This document shows positions 63,434-64,000 of a stretch of 64,000 bases of DNA, piece by piece; the stretch's first letter is position 1, and each line of letters opens with the position of its first letter. The position numbers were made by a program, and so were the translations under genes. The stretch spans positions 15,483 to 79,482 of the forward strand of contig CALFWB010000042.1 of assembly GCA_937928795.1 (NCBI GenBank). Direction: 5' to 3'. The stretch comes from an uncultured Anaerolineales bacterium (GTDB lineage: Bacteria > Chloroflexota > Anaerolineae > Anaerolineales > UBA4823). Under the pieces are notes generated by a model that saw nothing but the letters and a program-made list of their open reading frames with translations, ran no database searches and was not told the origin of the DNA.

Positions 63434-64000
63434 ATGATTGAGGTCGAGTCGATTACCTTTGCTTATCCTTCAGCAAAGCCAATTTTTATGGATTTCTCCT
63501 GGCGGATTGAGCGCGGTGAGACCTGGGCTGTACTTGGACCCTCGGGGTGTGGCAAAAGCACGCTACTTTACCTATTAGCAGGGTTGCAATTCCCTCAAAG
63601 CGGGGAAATACGCATTGATGGCAATCCGCTCACCCGCCCCCGCCCGCAGACCGGGTTGATCTTGCAGGATTATGGGCTGTTACCGTGGGCAACCGTGCGT
63701 CAGAACGCCGAACTGGGGTTGAAAATTCGCGGCTTTTACGGTCCCGATGGCACCCATGCCCCGTCTCAAATCGACTGGGATAACAACGTGACTCCGTGGT
63801 TGGAGAGGCTGGGGATTGAAGCCGTTGCCGACCAGTATCCATCCCAGATTTCGGGCGGGCAACGCCAGCGCACGGCGATCGCCCGCACGCTGGTGTTACA
63901 CCCCGATTTATTGCTCATGGATGAGCCGTTTTCCTCACTGGACGCTCCTACCCGTGAAGGCTTGCAAGCTCTAATTTTACAATTACAGGTGGAGAACCAC
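63434..64000 (+). CDS. ABC transporter ATP-binding protein (NitT/TauT family); the 3' end lies outside the window
   Basis: My own translation gives MIEVESITFAYPSAKPIFMDFSWRIERGETWAVLGPSGCGKSTLL...ISGGQRQRTAIARTLVLHPDLLLMDEPFSSLD. The frame is open to nt 64000, so it is absent from the ORF track. Confidence 0.88.
   Translation, partial: MIEVESITFAYPSAKPIFMDFSWRIERGETWAVLGPSGCGKSTLLYLLAGLQFPQSGEIRIDGNPLTRPRPQTGLILQDYGLLPWATVRQNAELGLKIRGFYGPDGTHAPSQIDWDNNVTPWLERLGIEAVADQYPSQISGGQRQRTAIARTLVLHPDLLLMDEPFSSLDAPTREGLQALILQLQVENH

Noticed and set aside
1-64000. Search for rRNA, tRNA, transposase, integrase or prophage genes as explanations for the repeats and the methyltransferase/nuclease insertion
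   Set aside because: No ORF shows DDE/tyrosine/serine recombinase or phage structural signatures, and I saw no tRNA-like or rRNA sequence. A missed tRNA cannot be fully excluded without tRNAscan-SE.

Overview
Chromosomal, moderately GC-rich window that looks Chloroflexota/Anaerolineae-like; that is an inference from gene content and the GC-rich 'PSP..GRG'-type intergenic repeats, not a database result. I support about 50 protein genes, mostly in tight operons with ATGA or 8-10 nt start/stop overlaps.

Gene content in order:
- Partial Pat-like acyl-CoA synthetase/GNAT gene.
- HlyD adaptor, LysM-M23 peptidase and a small membrane protein.
- An 82-bp tandem hairpin array.
- Tandem glycine riboswitch driving gcvH-gcvPA-gcvPB.
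- TGS/uridine-kinase-like gene.
- tgt-uppP-lipid kinase-acyltransferase operon.
- A decayed Fic gene beside a mosaic repeat field.
- Family-4 UDG.
- A polysaccharide operon (sugar dehydrogenase, epimerase, Wzx flippase, two GT4) interrupted by a lower-GC DNA methyltransferase + GIY-YIG nuclease pair.
- RNase P RNA (minus strand).
- EamA transporter.
- PaaI thioesterase plus a xanthine-dehydrogenase-family cluster with XdhC.
- YhhN protein and two c-di-GMP signalling genes.
- A roughly 14-kb molybdenum-centred block.
- Two paired membrane proteins with an M20 hydrolase.
- A triple-FAS1 lipoprotein, an RsmB/F-type methyltransferase and a UbiD decarboxylase.
- A NitT/TauT-type binding protein and a partial ABC ATPase.

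The molybdenum block consists of a PhnD-like binding protein, a NarX-type kinase, a LuxR-type regulator, a DMSO-reductase-family operon in FeS-Mo-TorD-NrfD order, and a candidate Moco riboswitch in front of a BtuCDF/FecBCDE-type ABC importer with a THEP1-like NTPase.

At least five short dispersed repeat families populate the intergenic regions, and one has landed in frame inside a glycosyltransferase gene. I saw no rRNA, tRNA, CRISPR array, transposase or integrase.

Most interesting:
- the Moco-riboswitch/type-II importer plus orphan molybdoenzyme with a split three-component sensor;
- the methyltransferase/GIY-YIG insertion;
- the 82-bp hairpin array;
- the in-frame repeat insertion.
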